A DNA stretch of 32,000 nt, from contig JBMSAQ010000015.1 of NCBI GenBank assembly GCA_049414405.1, forward strand, positions 90,001-122,000, written 5' to 3'. Positions 24,877 through 32,000 of this stretch are shown piece by piece. This stretch comes from Candidatus Nanopusillus sp. (GTDB lineage Archaea; Nanobdellota; Nanobdellia; Nanobdellales; Nanobdellaceae). Position numbers and translations under genes: made by a program. Every line of letters begins with the position of its first letter. Within the stretch, counting starts at the first letter, position 1. Under the pieces are notes generated by a model. That model made no database searches. It saw only the letters and a program-made list of their open reading frames with translations, and was not told where the DNA came from.

Positions 24877-25494
24877 ATGACAGAATCATCAGGAACAACA
24901 ATTGTTGCAATAAAATTTAAGGATGGGGTATTAATTGCATCGGATAAACAATCATCGGCAGGAATAATGGTACATCATAAAAAAGTACAAAAATTACATC
25001 AAATTACTGATAATATATTAATGGGGGCTGCTGGTTTGGTTGGTGATATTCAAGCTTTAGTAAAGATATTACAGGCAACCTTAAAATTAAAATATTTGAG
25101 ATCAAAAAACGAACCAACTGCGGAAGAAGCTGCAAATTTTCTAGCAACATTAATGAACTATTATAAATGGTTCCCGTTCTTTTCGGAAGTAATAATTGTT
25201 GGAAAAGATAACGACGATTATCATATATATTTTATAGATGAGGCTGGAGGATTAGAAAAATTTGATAATTTTACATCTACGGGTTCTGGAATGATGTTTG
25301 CTTTGGGTGTATTAGAAGCAGAATATAAAGAGAACATGAGTGAAGAAGAAGCAAAAGAATTAGCAAAAAAAGCAGTATTGTCCGCTATAAAAAGAGATTT
25401 AGGATCTGGACATGGCATTGAAATTTGGACATTAACAAAAGAAGGATTAAAGAAAGAGCTTTATGAGGTAAAAGAAGAATTACAGAAAAAATAA
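24877..25494 (+). CDS. psmB: Proteasome subunit beta
   Basis: Short propeptide, then the G|TTIVAIKFKDGVLIASDKQ active-site Thr context. GSG motif later in the sequence. Confidence 0.9.
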   Translation: MTESSGTTIVAIKFKDGVLIASDKQSSAGIMVHHKKVQKLHQITDNILMGAAGLVGDIQALVKILQATLKLKYLRSKNEPTAEEAANFLATLMNYYKWFPFFSEVIIVGKDNDDYHIYFIDEAGGLEKFDNFTSTGSGMMFALGVLEAEYKENMSEEEAKELAKKAVLSAIKRDLGSGHGIEIWTLTKEGLKKELYEVKEELQKK

Positions 25495-25539
25495 TTTTTT
25501 AAATTTTATAATTAATCATAAAGGGTATTTACGCTATTT

Positions 25540-27393
25540 ATGATGAATATTAAGGAAGAATTATTAAAGGAATTCGCATCAAAGGATATAAATAAGATAA
25601 TATTTGAAGGGCCAAAGATAGTGATATATGTAAACAATATAGATTTATTTATTAGAGGAATTGAAATAGGAAAAAATTTAGCACAAAAATATAAAAAAAG
25701 GATAGAAATAAGGATAAATCCGAAATTATTGGGGGGGGAAGAATATATTAAAGAAAAAGTAAAAGAAATATTAAATGAAATAAAAATAAAGGATATCTAT
25801 CTTGAAAGACATAGATCTACATTATATATTGAAACTTATGAGCCGGAAAAAATTAATTTAAATTTAATCAATAAATTAAGGGAAGAAACTCTATGTAATA
25901 TTATAATACAAAGGGCCCCATTAAAATCTTCAAAAATAATAAATGTTATTAGGGCATATTTACATAAAAATTCTTCATATAAATCTGAATTTTTAAATAA
26001 GGTTGGAGAAAAAATATTGGAAAGAAAACCACAAAGATTAGATCATTATAGAATTGCCTTTTTAGGTGCTGGAAGGGAAGTTGGAAGATCTTCATTTTTA
26101 TTACAAACAAGAGAAAGTAATATTTTATTAGATTGTGGTCTGGGTGCTGGAAATTATTCAGAAGATAGATATCCAATATTAAATATACCAGAATTTGATA
26201 TACAAAATTTAGATGCCGTAATTATTTCACATGCACATTTAGATCACGTTGGATTTATCCCATACTTATTTAGAATTGGGTGGAGAGGACCGGTCTATTT
26301 AACAGAACCAACGAGAGATGTTGCAGCTTTAGTTTTATTAGATTATTTAAAAGTAAGCAATAAACAGAGTAAAAACCCAATATTTACGACAAAAGAAATT
26401 AAACTATTTTTAAAACATTCTATTACATTAAATTATTCTGAAGTAACAGATATAACCAGTGATATAAAGATATCATTCCATAATGCAAATCACATAATTG
26501 GATCTTCAATGGTTCATATAAACATTGAAGGGAAACATAACATACTATATACTGGAGATTATAAATTTAATAAAATGCCTTTATTAGAAAAACCGAACAC
26601 CATATATCAAAGACTAGAAACATTAATAATTGAAAGTACATATGGGGGGTTAAATGATAAACATCCACCAAGAGAAGAAACTGAAGTATTATTTATTCAT
26701 GATATAAAAGAAACAATTGAAAAGGGAGGAAAGGTATTAATACCGGTATTAGCAGTAGGAAGAGGACAAGATGTTTTATTAACATTAATAAATGCAATTG
26801 AAAATAAGGTGTTGTCAGAAGTAAATATATATTTAGAAGGAATTGTTTGGGAAACATCAATGATTCATACAGCATATCCAGAATTTTTAAGTAAAGAAAT
26901 TAAAGAAAAAATAGAATCTGGAAGAAATCCTTTTGAAAGAGAAAATGTAATAAGGGCAAGTAAACATGAAAGAGAACAAATTATAACATCCAATGAACCT
27001 TCAATAATAATTGCAACTTCTGGTATGATGCAGGGAGGTCCTATATTAGATTATTTTAGTTATGCTGCAGAAGATGAAAAAAATTTATTAGCTTTCGTTT
27101 CATATCAGGCACAGGGTACTTTGGGTAGAACAATATTGGATGGTCAAAGAGAGATTGTACTAAATGATAGAAAAATAAATGTAAAAATGAAAGTAAATAG
27201 ATATGAAGGTTTTTCTGGCCATGCAGATCATTTTGAAGCAATATCTTTTATTAAATATTTAAGACCAAAACCAAAACAAGTTATTACAGTACATGGTGAA
27301 ATTCCAAAACCATATGAACTAGCATCAAAGATATATAAAAAATTTAGAATATATTCATATGCCCCAAAAAATGGTGATATAATTAGATTATAA
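25540..27393 (+). CDS. aCPSF1-type beta-CASP ribonuclease (KH + metallo-beta-lactamase + beta-CASP)
   Basis: N-terminal KH-like region, HAHLDHVG motif, beta-CASP segment, C-terminal GFSGHAD and VHGE motifs. Length of 617 aa is typical of archaeal CPSF1. Confidence 0.9.
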   Translation: MMNIKEELLKEFASKDINKIIFEGPKIVIYVNNIDLFIRGIEIGKNLAQKYKKRIEIRINPKLLGGEEYIKEKVKEILNEIKIKDIYLERHRSTLYIETYEPEKINLNLINKLREETLCNIIIQRAPLKSSKIINVIRAYLHKNSSYKSEFLNKVGEKILERKPQRLDHYRIAFLGAGREVGRSSFLLQTRESNILLDCGLGAGNYSEDRYPILNIPEFDIQNLDAVIISHAHLDHVGFIPYLFRIGWRGPVYLTEPTRDVAALVLLDYLKVSNKQSKNPIFTTKEIKLFLKHSITLNYSEVTDITSDIKISFHNANHIIGSSMVHINIEGKHNILYTGDYKFNKMPLLEKPNTIYQRLETLIIESTYGGLNDKHPPREETEVLFIHDIKETIEKGGKVLIPVLAVGRGQDVLLTLINAIENKVLSEVNIYLEGIVWETSMIHTAYPEFLSKEIKEKIESGRNPFERENVIRASKHEREQIITSNEPSIIIATSGMMQGGPILDYFSYAAEDEKNLLAFVSYQAQGTLGRTILDGQREIVLNDRKINVKMKVNRYEGFSGHADHFEAISFIKYLRPKPKQVITVHGEIPKPYELASKIYKKFRIYSYAPKNGDIIRL

Positions 27394-27415
27394 AATTTTT
27401 TTAAAAGAAGAATAA

Positions 27416-28030
27416 ATGATTAAAAAGTACAGATATATTGCTATAGATGGTATTGATGGATCCGGAAAAACAACAATTGCAAACTTATTATACAATGAAT
27501 TATCTAAGAGATATAATAGGGTAATATTAATGAAAGAACCTTATGATGGTGATTTGTCTAAAAAAATAAAAGAAATAATTTCAAAAGAGCATGAAAAAAA
27601 TTTAGATTATGGATATCTATTAGCATTATTATTTACTGTCGATAGGAGTATAAAAAATATTGATTTGAAGAAATATTTAAGTATTGGTTATATTGTTATT
27701 TCTGATAGAAGTATTTATTCCACATTTTCTTATCAAATCTTGTATGAAGGAATGGACATTGAATGGTTAAAATGTATATCAAAATATATAACTAGACCCG
27801 ACATTACCTTTATATTGGATATTGATCCGAAAATTGCAATAGAGAGAATAGCTTCTAGAGGCAAAAGTACTACAATCTATGAAAATGTTGAATTTTTAAA
27901 AAAAGTAAGAGAAAATTTCTTAAAGTTGAAAGAAATACTCTCTGATGACAATATAATTTACATTAATGGAGAAGAAAAACCAGAAAAAATATTGGATAAA
28001 ATATTAAATATAATTGAAAACCATATTTAA
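27416..28030 (+). CDS. tmk: Thymidylate kinase
   Basis: P-loop IAIDGIDGSGKTT, DRSIYSTFSYQ (DR motif), LID region RGKS. Confidence 0.9.
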   Translation: MIKKYRYIAIDGIDGSGKTTIANLLYNELSKRYNRVILMKEPYDGDLSKKIKEIISKEHEKNLDYGYLLALLFTVDRSIKNIDLKKYLSIGYIVISDRSIYSTFSYQILYEGMDIEWLKCISKYITRPDITFILDIDPKIAIERIASRGKSTTIYENVEFLKKVRENFLKLKEILSDDNIIYINGEEKPEKILDKILNIIENHI

Positions 28031-28104
28031 ACATTATCTTATATTTAACCCCATCTAAACTTTACTATTTTTATTTAAATATATTATAAAAGTTTCAAAA
28101 ATCT

Positions 28105-28644
28105 CTAAATTAAAAATCTGAACACTTCAATTATTTTAATATTTGATATTAACGGACTTAATAATTCAGAAAAATTAAGGATAGAACTAAAAAACAAGTA
28201 AAAAATATAAGATAAAATTATAGAAAACAACACATCTGATAACCAGTGCTTTATGGTAATAATTCTTAATATTGGTGTTATCAATACCAAAATATTACCT
28301 GTTATTATAAAGGATAATGTTGCAATTATTGTATGTTCACTTGGAAAAGAGTGATTCTCATGAACCAATATAGCGAATCTTTTATCGAAAAAATAATATG
28401 GCCTTTTTCTACTAAATATTAATTTCAATAAATAAGTTGTTGCTGTAGATATAATAAAAAGAAAAATATAGCTAAAATCAATGAAAAATACAATATATAA
28501 AATAAAATATAAATTTATTAAATATGAAATTGCATCAATTATATAAACAATCACCAATTTATCTTTTAATTTTTTATAAAAATATTCTGATATTTTATAA
28601 TCAATTATAAATATTTTATTAAGCAATATTAAATTATTTTTCAT
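28105..28644 (-). CDS. PAP2-family (type 2 phosphatidic acid / polyprenyl-diphosphate) phosphatase
   Basis: The three PAP2 motifs KLIFSRKRP, SFPSEHT and KHWLSDV, in a multi-TM protein. I prefer the ATG at 28642-28644 (MKNNLILL). The track start at 28659 is a TTG codon. Confidence 0.7.
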   Translation of the reverse strand: MKNNLILLNKIFIIDYKISEYFYKKLKDKLVIVYIIDAISYLINLYFILYIVFFIDFSYIFLFIISTATTYLLKLIFSRKRPYYFFDKRFAILVHENHSFPSEHTIIATLSFIITGNILVLITPILRIITIKHWLSDVLFSIILSYIFYLFFSSILNFSELLSPLISNIKIIEVFRFLI

Positions 28645-28753
28645 AAATCTATTATACAAACCTGTCTTTTATATGACTATAGCTGTATTGTCTAAATATA
28701 AACGTAACCTATCACTCATGATTTATAGTTTATAAGTATTATCTAACCGTGTT

Positions 28754-28851
28754 GAAAACTTATAAATTTCAAAATATTATATGTATAGTCAAAAATTTTA
28801 ATTTCAGAAATTAAGCTTAATAATATATTATTTTAAAATTTATAAGTTTTC
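28754..28851. repeat. 16-nt perfect inverted repeat AAATTTATAAGTTTTC (28755-28770 reverse, 28836-28851 forward) in a 384-bp non-coding spacer
   Basis: Read directly. The core TTTATAAG also occurs at 28729-28736 and as the TATA-like element upstream of vapB. The two copies face away from each other. Confidence 0.7.
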
Positions 28852-29043
28852 ATATAAATTAAACATATAAAGCTTTTTATTTCCAATTTATAAAATTTTG
28901 CTTATAGTAATAAAAAATATATATTAGTAACTACTTGAGAATAGACAATTTCCACCAATGAAATAACTATTCCACAGTCATAATGCAAGTTGATATTAAC
29001 AGATCATAAAATGCTATCCAGAATTTTATGACAATATATAATT

Positions 29044-30309
29044 TTACCTGTTTAATAACCATTTCCACAATGGTATTAATTTTATTTCTTTATTATCTTT
29101 AATTACTTTATCTTCTAAATCCCATGTAATAATTTTTAAATCATTACAATTTAATAAATTAGATGCTTTAATTAAAGATCTAATTTCTCTTTTGTCCATT
29201 TCATCTATATTATTTATATAAGAAACTTGAATCAATTCTTTTATTATATTGTTTTCTTTTATTAGAAAATCTACTTCGTGTTGTTGATAATCTTTAAAAT
29301 AGTATATTTCAATTAATGGATTGTTATTAATTAATCTTAACAAACCCAAATAAACTATATTTTCTATTCTTTTTCCTATATCATATTTACCAAACAAATT
29401 TGCAAAAGATGTGTCACATAAATAAACCTTTCTTGGCCATCTTTTTCTTTCAAAAAATTTGTTAGAATATTTTTCTATAAAGAATATAGACATTGTATTT
29501 TGTATTTTATCTAAATATGAAAATATTGTCTTCTTTGTATTTATATTAAATTGATTTTCTATAAATTTTTTTATTCTATTTATGCTTATTTCATTAGAAA
29601 AATTTTGCATTAAATATTCAAAAATTATTTTTGCAACATTAAAGCTTCTAATTTTCCCTCTTTCTATAAAATCTTTATAAAAGATTGTTTCATAATATTC
29701 TTTAATTATCCTTTCTTTATCTTCTATAAAAATTACTTCCGGATATCCTCCAAAGTTTGTATATTCCCTTAAATATTCTTTTATCTTTTCTATTTCGCTT
29801 ATACTCAATATCTCAGAAACTTTCATCTTTGTTTTTAGAAATTCTCTAAAAGAAAATGGTAATAATATATAATATATTGTCCTACCTCTTAATTCAGTTA
29901 ATAATTCTTTTGGTAATAACCTTGAAGACGAACCTGTTAGATATATGTTATATCCTCTATCAATTAGCGTTCTTACCAATTTATTCCAATTTTCTAAATT
30001 TTGTATTTCATCTAAAAATATTGTATTTATTTTTACATTATATCTAGATTCATATAAAGATATTATATTTAAAATTTCTTCTGCTTTAATATTTGAAAAT
30101 TCTATACTCTCAAAATTAATATATACTGAATTATCTTTATTAGATAAATATTTATTTAATAATAAATATGTTTTTCCAGCTCTTCTAGGGCCAACAATGG
30201 ATATAGCCTTGTTCTCTATATTTTTTATATTTAATTCTCTTTCAATATAATTTATTTTTCTCTCCCTTATTCTTTCAAAATATTCTATTATGATCCTTTC
30301 ATCATACAT
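29044..30309 (-). CDS. AAA+ ATPase with C-terminal DUF4143 (PD-(D/E)xK nuclease-like) domain (COG1373 type)
   Basis: Walker A GPRRAGKTYLL, Walker B IFLDEIQ, the characteristic RKVYLCDTSFANLFG segment, and the nuclease-like HEVDFLIKE...ELIQVSY. Confidence 0.8.
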   Translation of the reverse strand: MYDERIIIEYFERIRERKINYIERELNIKNIENKAISIVGPRRAGKTYLLLNKYLSNKDNSVYINFESIEFSNIKAEEILNIISLYESRYNVKINTIFLDEIQNLENWNKLVRTLIDRGYNIYLTGSSSRLLPKELLTELRGRTIYYILLPFSFREFLKTKMKVSEILSISEIEKIKEYLREYTNFGGYPEVIFIEDKERIIKEYYETIFYKDFIERGKIRSFNVAKIIFEYLMQNFSNEISINRIKKFIENQFNINTKKTIFSYLDKIQNTMSIFFIEKYSNKFFERKRWPRKVYLCDTSFANLFGKYDIGKRIENIVYLGLLRLINNNPLIEIYYFKDYQQHEVDFLIKENNIIKELIQVSYINNIDEMDKREIRSLIKASNLLNCNDLKIITWDLEDKVIKDNKEIKLIPLWKWLLNR

Positions 30310-30320
30310 ATAATTACTAT

Positions 30321-30360
30321 TATACCAAAATTTTATAAAAATGGTATAATAATTATACCA
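30321..30360. promoter_or_regulatory. Three TATACCA/TGGTATA half-sites bracketing a TATA-like box upstream of the ATPase gene
   Basis: TATACCA (30321-27), TTTTATAAAAA (about 30330-40, centred about 26 nt from the ATG at 30309), then the perfect palindrome TGGTATAA-TAA-TTATACCA (30342-60). Confidence 0.35.
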
Positions 30361-30397
30361 GAATAGATTATTAAAAAAGATAGAAAGTAATAAATTT

Positions 30398-30502
30398 TTA
30401 TTTATTTAATAACCATAACCCAACAACATTTGATAAACCAGTATCTATTGAATATACTTTTTTGGTGCTTTTTCTTGTTTCTTCAATGATGGATGATGCA
30501 TC
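30398..30502 (-). pseudogene. Decayed C-terminal fragment of a second AAA/DUF4143 ATPase paralog
   Basis: Open for 34 codons with no start: DASSIIEETRKSTKKVYSIDTGLSNVVGLWLLNK*. KKVYSIDTGLSNVVG aligns with RKVYLCDTSFANLFG of the intact neighbour. Confidence 0.45.
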
Positions 30503-30611
30503 TTAACAAAAAATATTAAGAAAGACTCTGCCATATAATTAAAAAATCTTTCTATTGTTAATTTATTTATTTTTAAAAAAATCTTCTAAAGATGAAAAAG
30601 TGGATTATACA

Positions 30612-31022
30612 TCAAAGTTCTGAAATTTTTATATTATATTTTTTAGCTATTTTTTTCAAATCTTCATCATGGGTAATAAATGAACAGTTTAATCTTTTAA
30701 CAATTGACAGTAAAATAAAATCATTTAAATTACTTTTACTTAATTTTTTATTATTTTCCTTTATCATCTTTAAAGCTTCCTTAACATCTTTAATTTTTAT
30801 GCTTTCTATTTCAAACAATTCTAAGTTATTTATTACCCTATAAATAGTATCAACATCATCCGCATATTCTATTAAAACCCCTAGAAATTCGTAAATGACT
30901 ACTTCTGGTAATATAATATCATAACTCGTTAATATGTCTAGACTTTTTTGATGATCTTCATAATCTTCAAATGTAGCCCTAACTAAAACATTTGTATCAA
31001 CAATTATTCTTTCTTTTTCCAT
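30612..31022 (-). CDS. vapC: PIN-domain toxin VapC
   Basis: IIVDTNVLV N-terminus with acidic residues at the expected PIN positions (PEVVIYEF, NDFILL, THDED). Overlaps vapB by 19 nt. Confidence 0.8.
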   Translation of the reverse strand: MEKERIIVDTNVLVRATFEDYEDHQKSLDILTSYDIILPEVVIYEFLGVLIEYADDVDTIYRVINNLELFEIESIKIKDVKEALKMIKENNKKLSKSNLNDFILLSIVKRLNCSFITHDEDLKKIAKKYNIKISEL

Positions 31023-31267
31023 CTTTTTATTTCTGGGTATTCTTCTTCAATAATATCTTTATCATGTTTTTCTATAACTCTATTTATGTCTTCTTGAGTT
31101 AACTTTCTACCTAATCTTAATTTTACCCATTCTATTGGTTTAATGATTATAGCATTATTTTTTTCATCTTCTTCTACTATTAAATATTGACCCTCCTTTA
31201 TATTCAACTTTTTCCTAACCTTTACTGGTATAGTTATTTGATAATTTCTAGTAACTTTTACTTTCAT
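31004..31267 (-). CDS. vapB: AbrB/SpoVT-family antitoxin VapB
   Basis: MKVKVTRNYQITIPVKVRKKLNIKEGQYLIVEED is a swapped-hairpin AbrB/MazE-like DNA-binding domain, directly upstream of the PIN gene. Confidence 0.8.
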   Translation of the reverse strand: MKVKVTRNYQITIPVKVRKKLNIKEGQYLIVEEDEKNNAIIIKPIEWVKLRLGRKLTQEDINRVIEKHDKDIIEEEYPEIKRWKKKE

Positions 31268-31274
31268 ATTATAT

Positions 31275-31286
31275 TGGTATGTACCA
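31275..31286. promoter_or_regulatory. Palindrome TGGTA-TG-TACCA between a TATA-like box and the vapB ATG (candidate operator)
   Basis: Read directly. On the gene strand the order is AAAATTTATAAG-CAA-TGGTACATACCA-ATATAAT-ATG. Confidence 0.3.
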
Positions 31287-31410
31287 TTGCTTATAAATTT
31301 TATGTCTATACAAAATATTTTCTTTATTTACTTGTTCCAAATTAAATCAATTAGTTGTCTAAAATTTTCTTTTTTAAACGTCGAAAATAAATAATTGACA
31401 AACTAAAAGG

Positions 31411-31812
31411 TTACATTCTGAATTGGCCTCCTTGACCTCCCGGATAATTTGGATATCCTGGATATTGTTGTGGTGGCATACCTGGTCCCATCATTTGTCC
31501 CTTACCATAATTCCTCGCTATTTCATTTAAATCTCTTTGAACTATGTATGGCATAATTATACCTACAAATAAGAATAGTATAAAGTATATTATTGCATTA
31601 TCTTTTTTAGTAACATAAGCCCATCCTTCCGTATATCTATATAGCCAGTATATGTTCACTATTGGTATTAGAGCTAATATATATGATGGTATATTTGCCC
31701 CCAATTCATTCAATTCATTTTTTGTCTTATACTCCCAATACAGAAAATATATCCCAAACGTCACAAAACTCAATATATAAACAAGAAGTATATTCCTTTC
31801 TTTTGGTGGCAT
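31411..31812 (-). CDS. DUF4234-like membrane protein with a Gly/Pro/Gln-rich tail
   Basis: LLVYILSFVTFGIYFLYWEYKTKNELN matches the DUF4234 'T.GIY..yW' signature. About three hydrophobic helices. C-terminus GQMMGPGMPPQQYPGYPNYPGGQGGQFRM. Confidence 0.55.
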   Translation of the reverse strand: MPPKERNILLVYILSFVTFGIYFLYWEYKTKNELNELGANIPSYILALIPIVNIYWLYRYTEGWAYVTKKDNAIIYFILFLFVGIIMPYIVQRDLNEIARNYGKGQMMGPGMPPQQYPGYPNYPGGQGGQFRM

Positions 31813-31853
31813 TTAATTTTAATCTTCGTTATTATTTATAAATCTTTCGCTAA

Positions 31854-32000
31854 TTATCTTTTTGTCTTTTTCTTATTTAAATAATCTTTAATAAAATTAT
31901 ACAATTCTTCTCCAATTTTTCTCTCATTTTCCTTCATAACTTTAGACAAATCTTTTACTATTTCCACATTTTCTTCAATTATTTTTTCCTTTAAAGTTAT
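31854..32000 (-). CDS. Partial CDS (last 48 codons of a gene that starts beyond the window end), function unknown
   Basis: Hand translation is open from the window edge: ITLKEKIIEENVEIVKDLSKVMKENERKIGEELYNFIKDYLNKKKTKR*, stop at 31854-31856. Not in the track because it is partial. Confidence 0.35.
   Translation of the reverse strand: MTLKEKIIEENVEIVKDLSKVMKENERKIGEELYNFIKDYLNKKKTKR

Noticed and set aside
28645-28659. The track start of the PAP2 gene at 28659.
   Set aside because: The codon there is TTG. An in-frame ATG five codons downstream (28642-28644, MKNNLILL) is the more conservative start.
30484-30500. AATGATGGATGATGC looks like tandem C-box (RUGAUGA) motifs of a C/D box sRNA. I also checked other TGATGA/TCATCA occurrences, for example near 5618, 11110, 17205 and 24072.
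   Set aside because: No CUGA D or D' box lies at the appropriate 10-60 nt distance on either strand. The 30484 site is better explained as coding remnant (…SSIIEE…) of the ATPase paralog fragment. The others are inside CDSs. I could not support any sRNA call by eye.
31-30843. Many track ORFs lie antisense to or overlap strong genes: 31-348+, 36-245+, 3141-3389-, 3326-3541-, 5957-6160+, 8227-8613-, 12236-12499+, 13986-14177+, 14190-14381+, 14456-14701+, 15224-15568+, 15964-16173+, 16719-16922+, 18556-18774+, 19063-19348+, 19562-19771+, 23709-24161-, 25221-25418-, 25949-26176-, 26693-26875-, 27056-27241-, 29856-30250+ and 30592-30843+.
   Set aside because: Each lies fully inside a well-supported gene on the opposite strand. 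Their translations are low-complexity Phe/Leu/Ile/Tyr strings, typical of stop-poor antisense frames in AT-rich DNA, with no motifs.
1-32000. I looked for CRISPR arrays, rRNA genes, split-tRNA halves (orphan GC-rich islands with leader complementarity), transposases/integrases, DGR-like template/variable repeat pairs and inteins in MCM, IleRS and ArgRS.
   Set aside because: No regularly spaced direct repeats were seen. The only GC-rich islands are the two complete tRNAs and the 19-nt hairpin at 7878-7896, which has no tRNA arms. There are no recombinase or RT-like ORFs. The large enzymes read through their catalytic motifs without intein-like interruptions.

Overview
This is a very AT-rich, extremely gene-dense archaeal chromosome segment. 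Most gaps are under 60 nt and many neighbouring genes overlap by 1-35 nt.

Core (about 7.8-28.1 kb): information-processing genes. These are ribosomal proteins L21e and S10, RNA polymerase subunit F, a DUF655 protein, Nop5 + fibrillarin, ArgRS, IleRS, aIF1A, aIF2-beta, an NMD3-like protein, MCM plus an RPA32-like OB/winged-helix protein, EF-1alpha, TBP, proteasome beta, aCPSF1 and thymidylate kinase. Two strikingly GC-rich tRNAs also lie here: Trp-CCA, and Ile-UAU with an 18-nt intron in a canonical bulge-helix-bulge (BHB) motif.

Left 7.3 kb: the most interesting part. It holds a cluster of proteins that all begin with a short polar head followed by a long hydrophobic helix, the layout of class III / type IV pilin signal peptides. 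Several are tiny 48-68 aa 'mini-pilins'; two of these are below the ORF-track cutoff and were found by hand translation. Three are large Asn/Tyr/Cys-rich ectodomain proteins (309, 403 and 860 aa). A VKOR-family disulfide oxidoreductase lies directly adjacent, and a membrane-anchored CPYC DsbA-like partner sits at 19.8-20.7 kb. Two more mini-pilins are at 13.3-13.8 kb. No assembly ATPase, platform protein or prepilin peptidase is in the window.

Right 4 kb: a small accessory patch. It contains a PAP2 phosphatase, an unusually long 384-bp non-coding spacer with a 16-nt inverted repeat, an AAA/DUF4143 ATPase with a decayed paralog fragment next to it, a vapBC module with a related operator-like palindrome, and a DUF4234 membrane protein.

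Lineage guess (inference only): a nanoarchaeote-like, thermophilic, reduced-genome DPANN symbiont. I saw no CRISPR array, rRNA, transposase or integrase.
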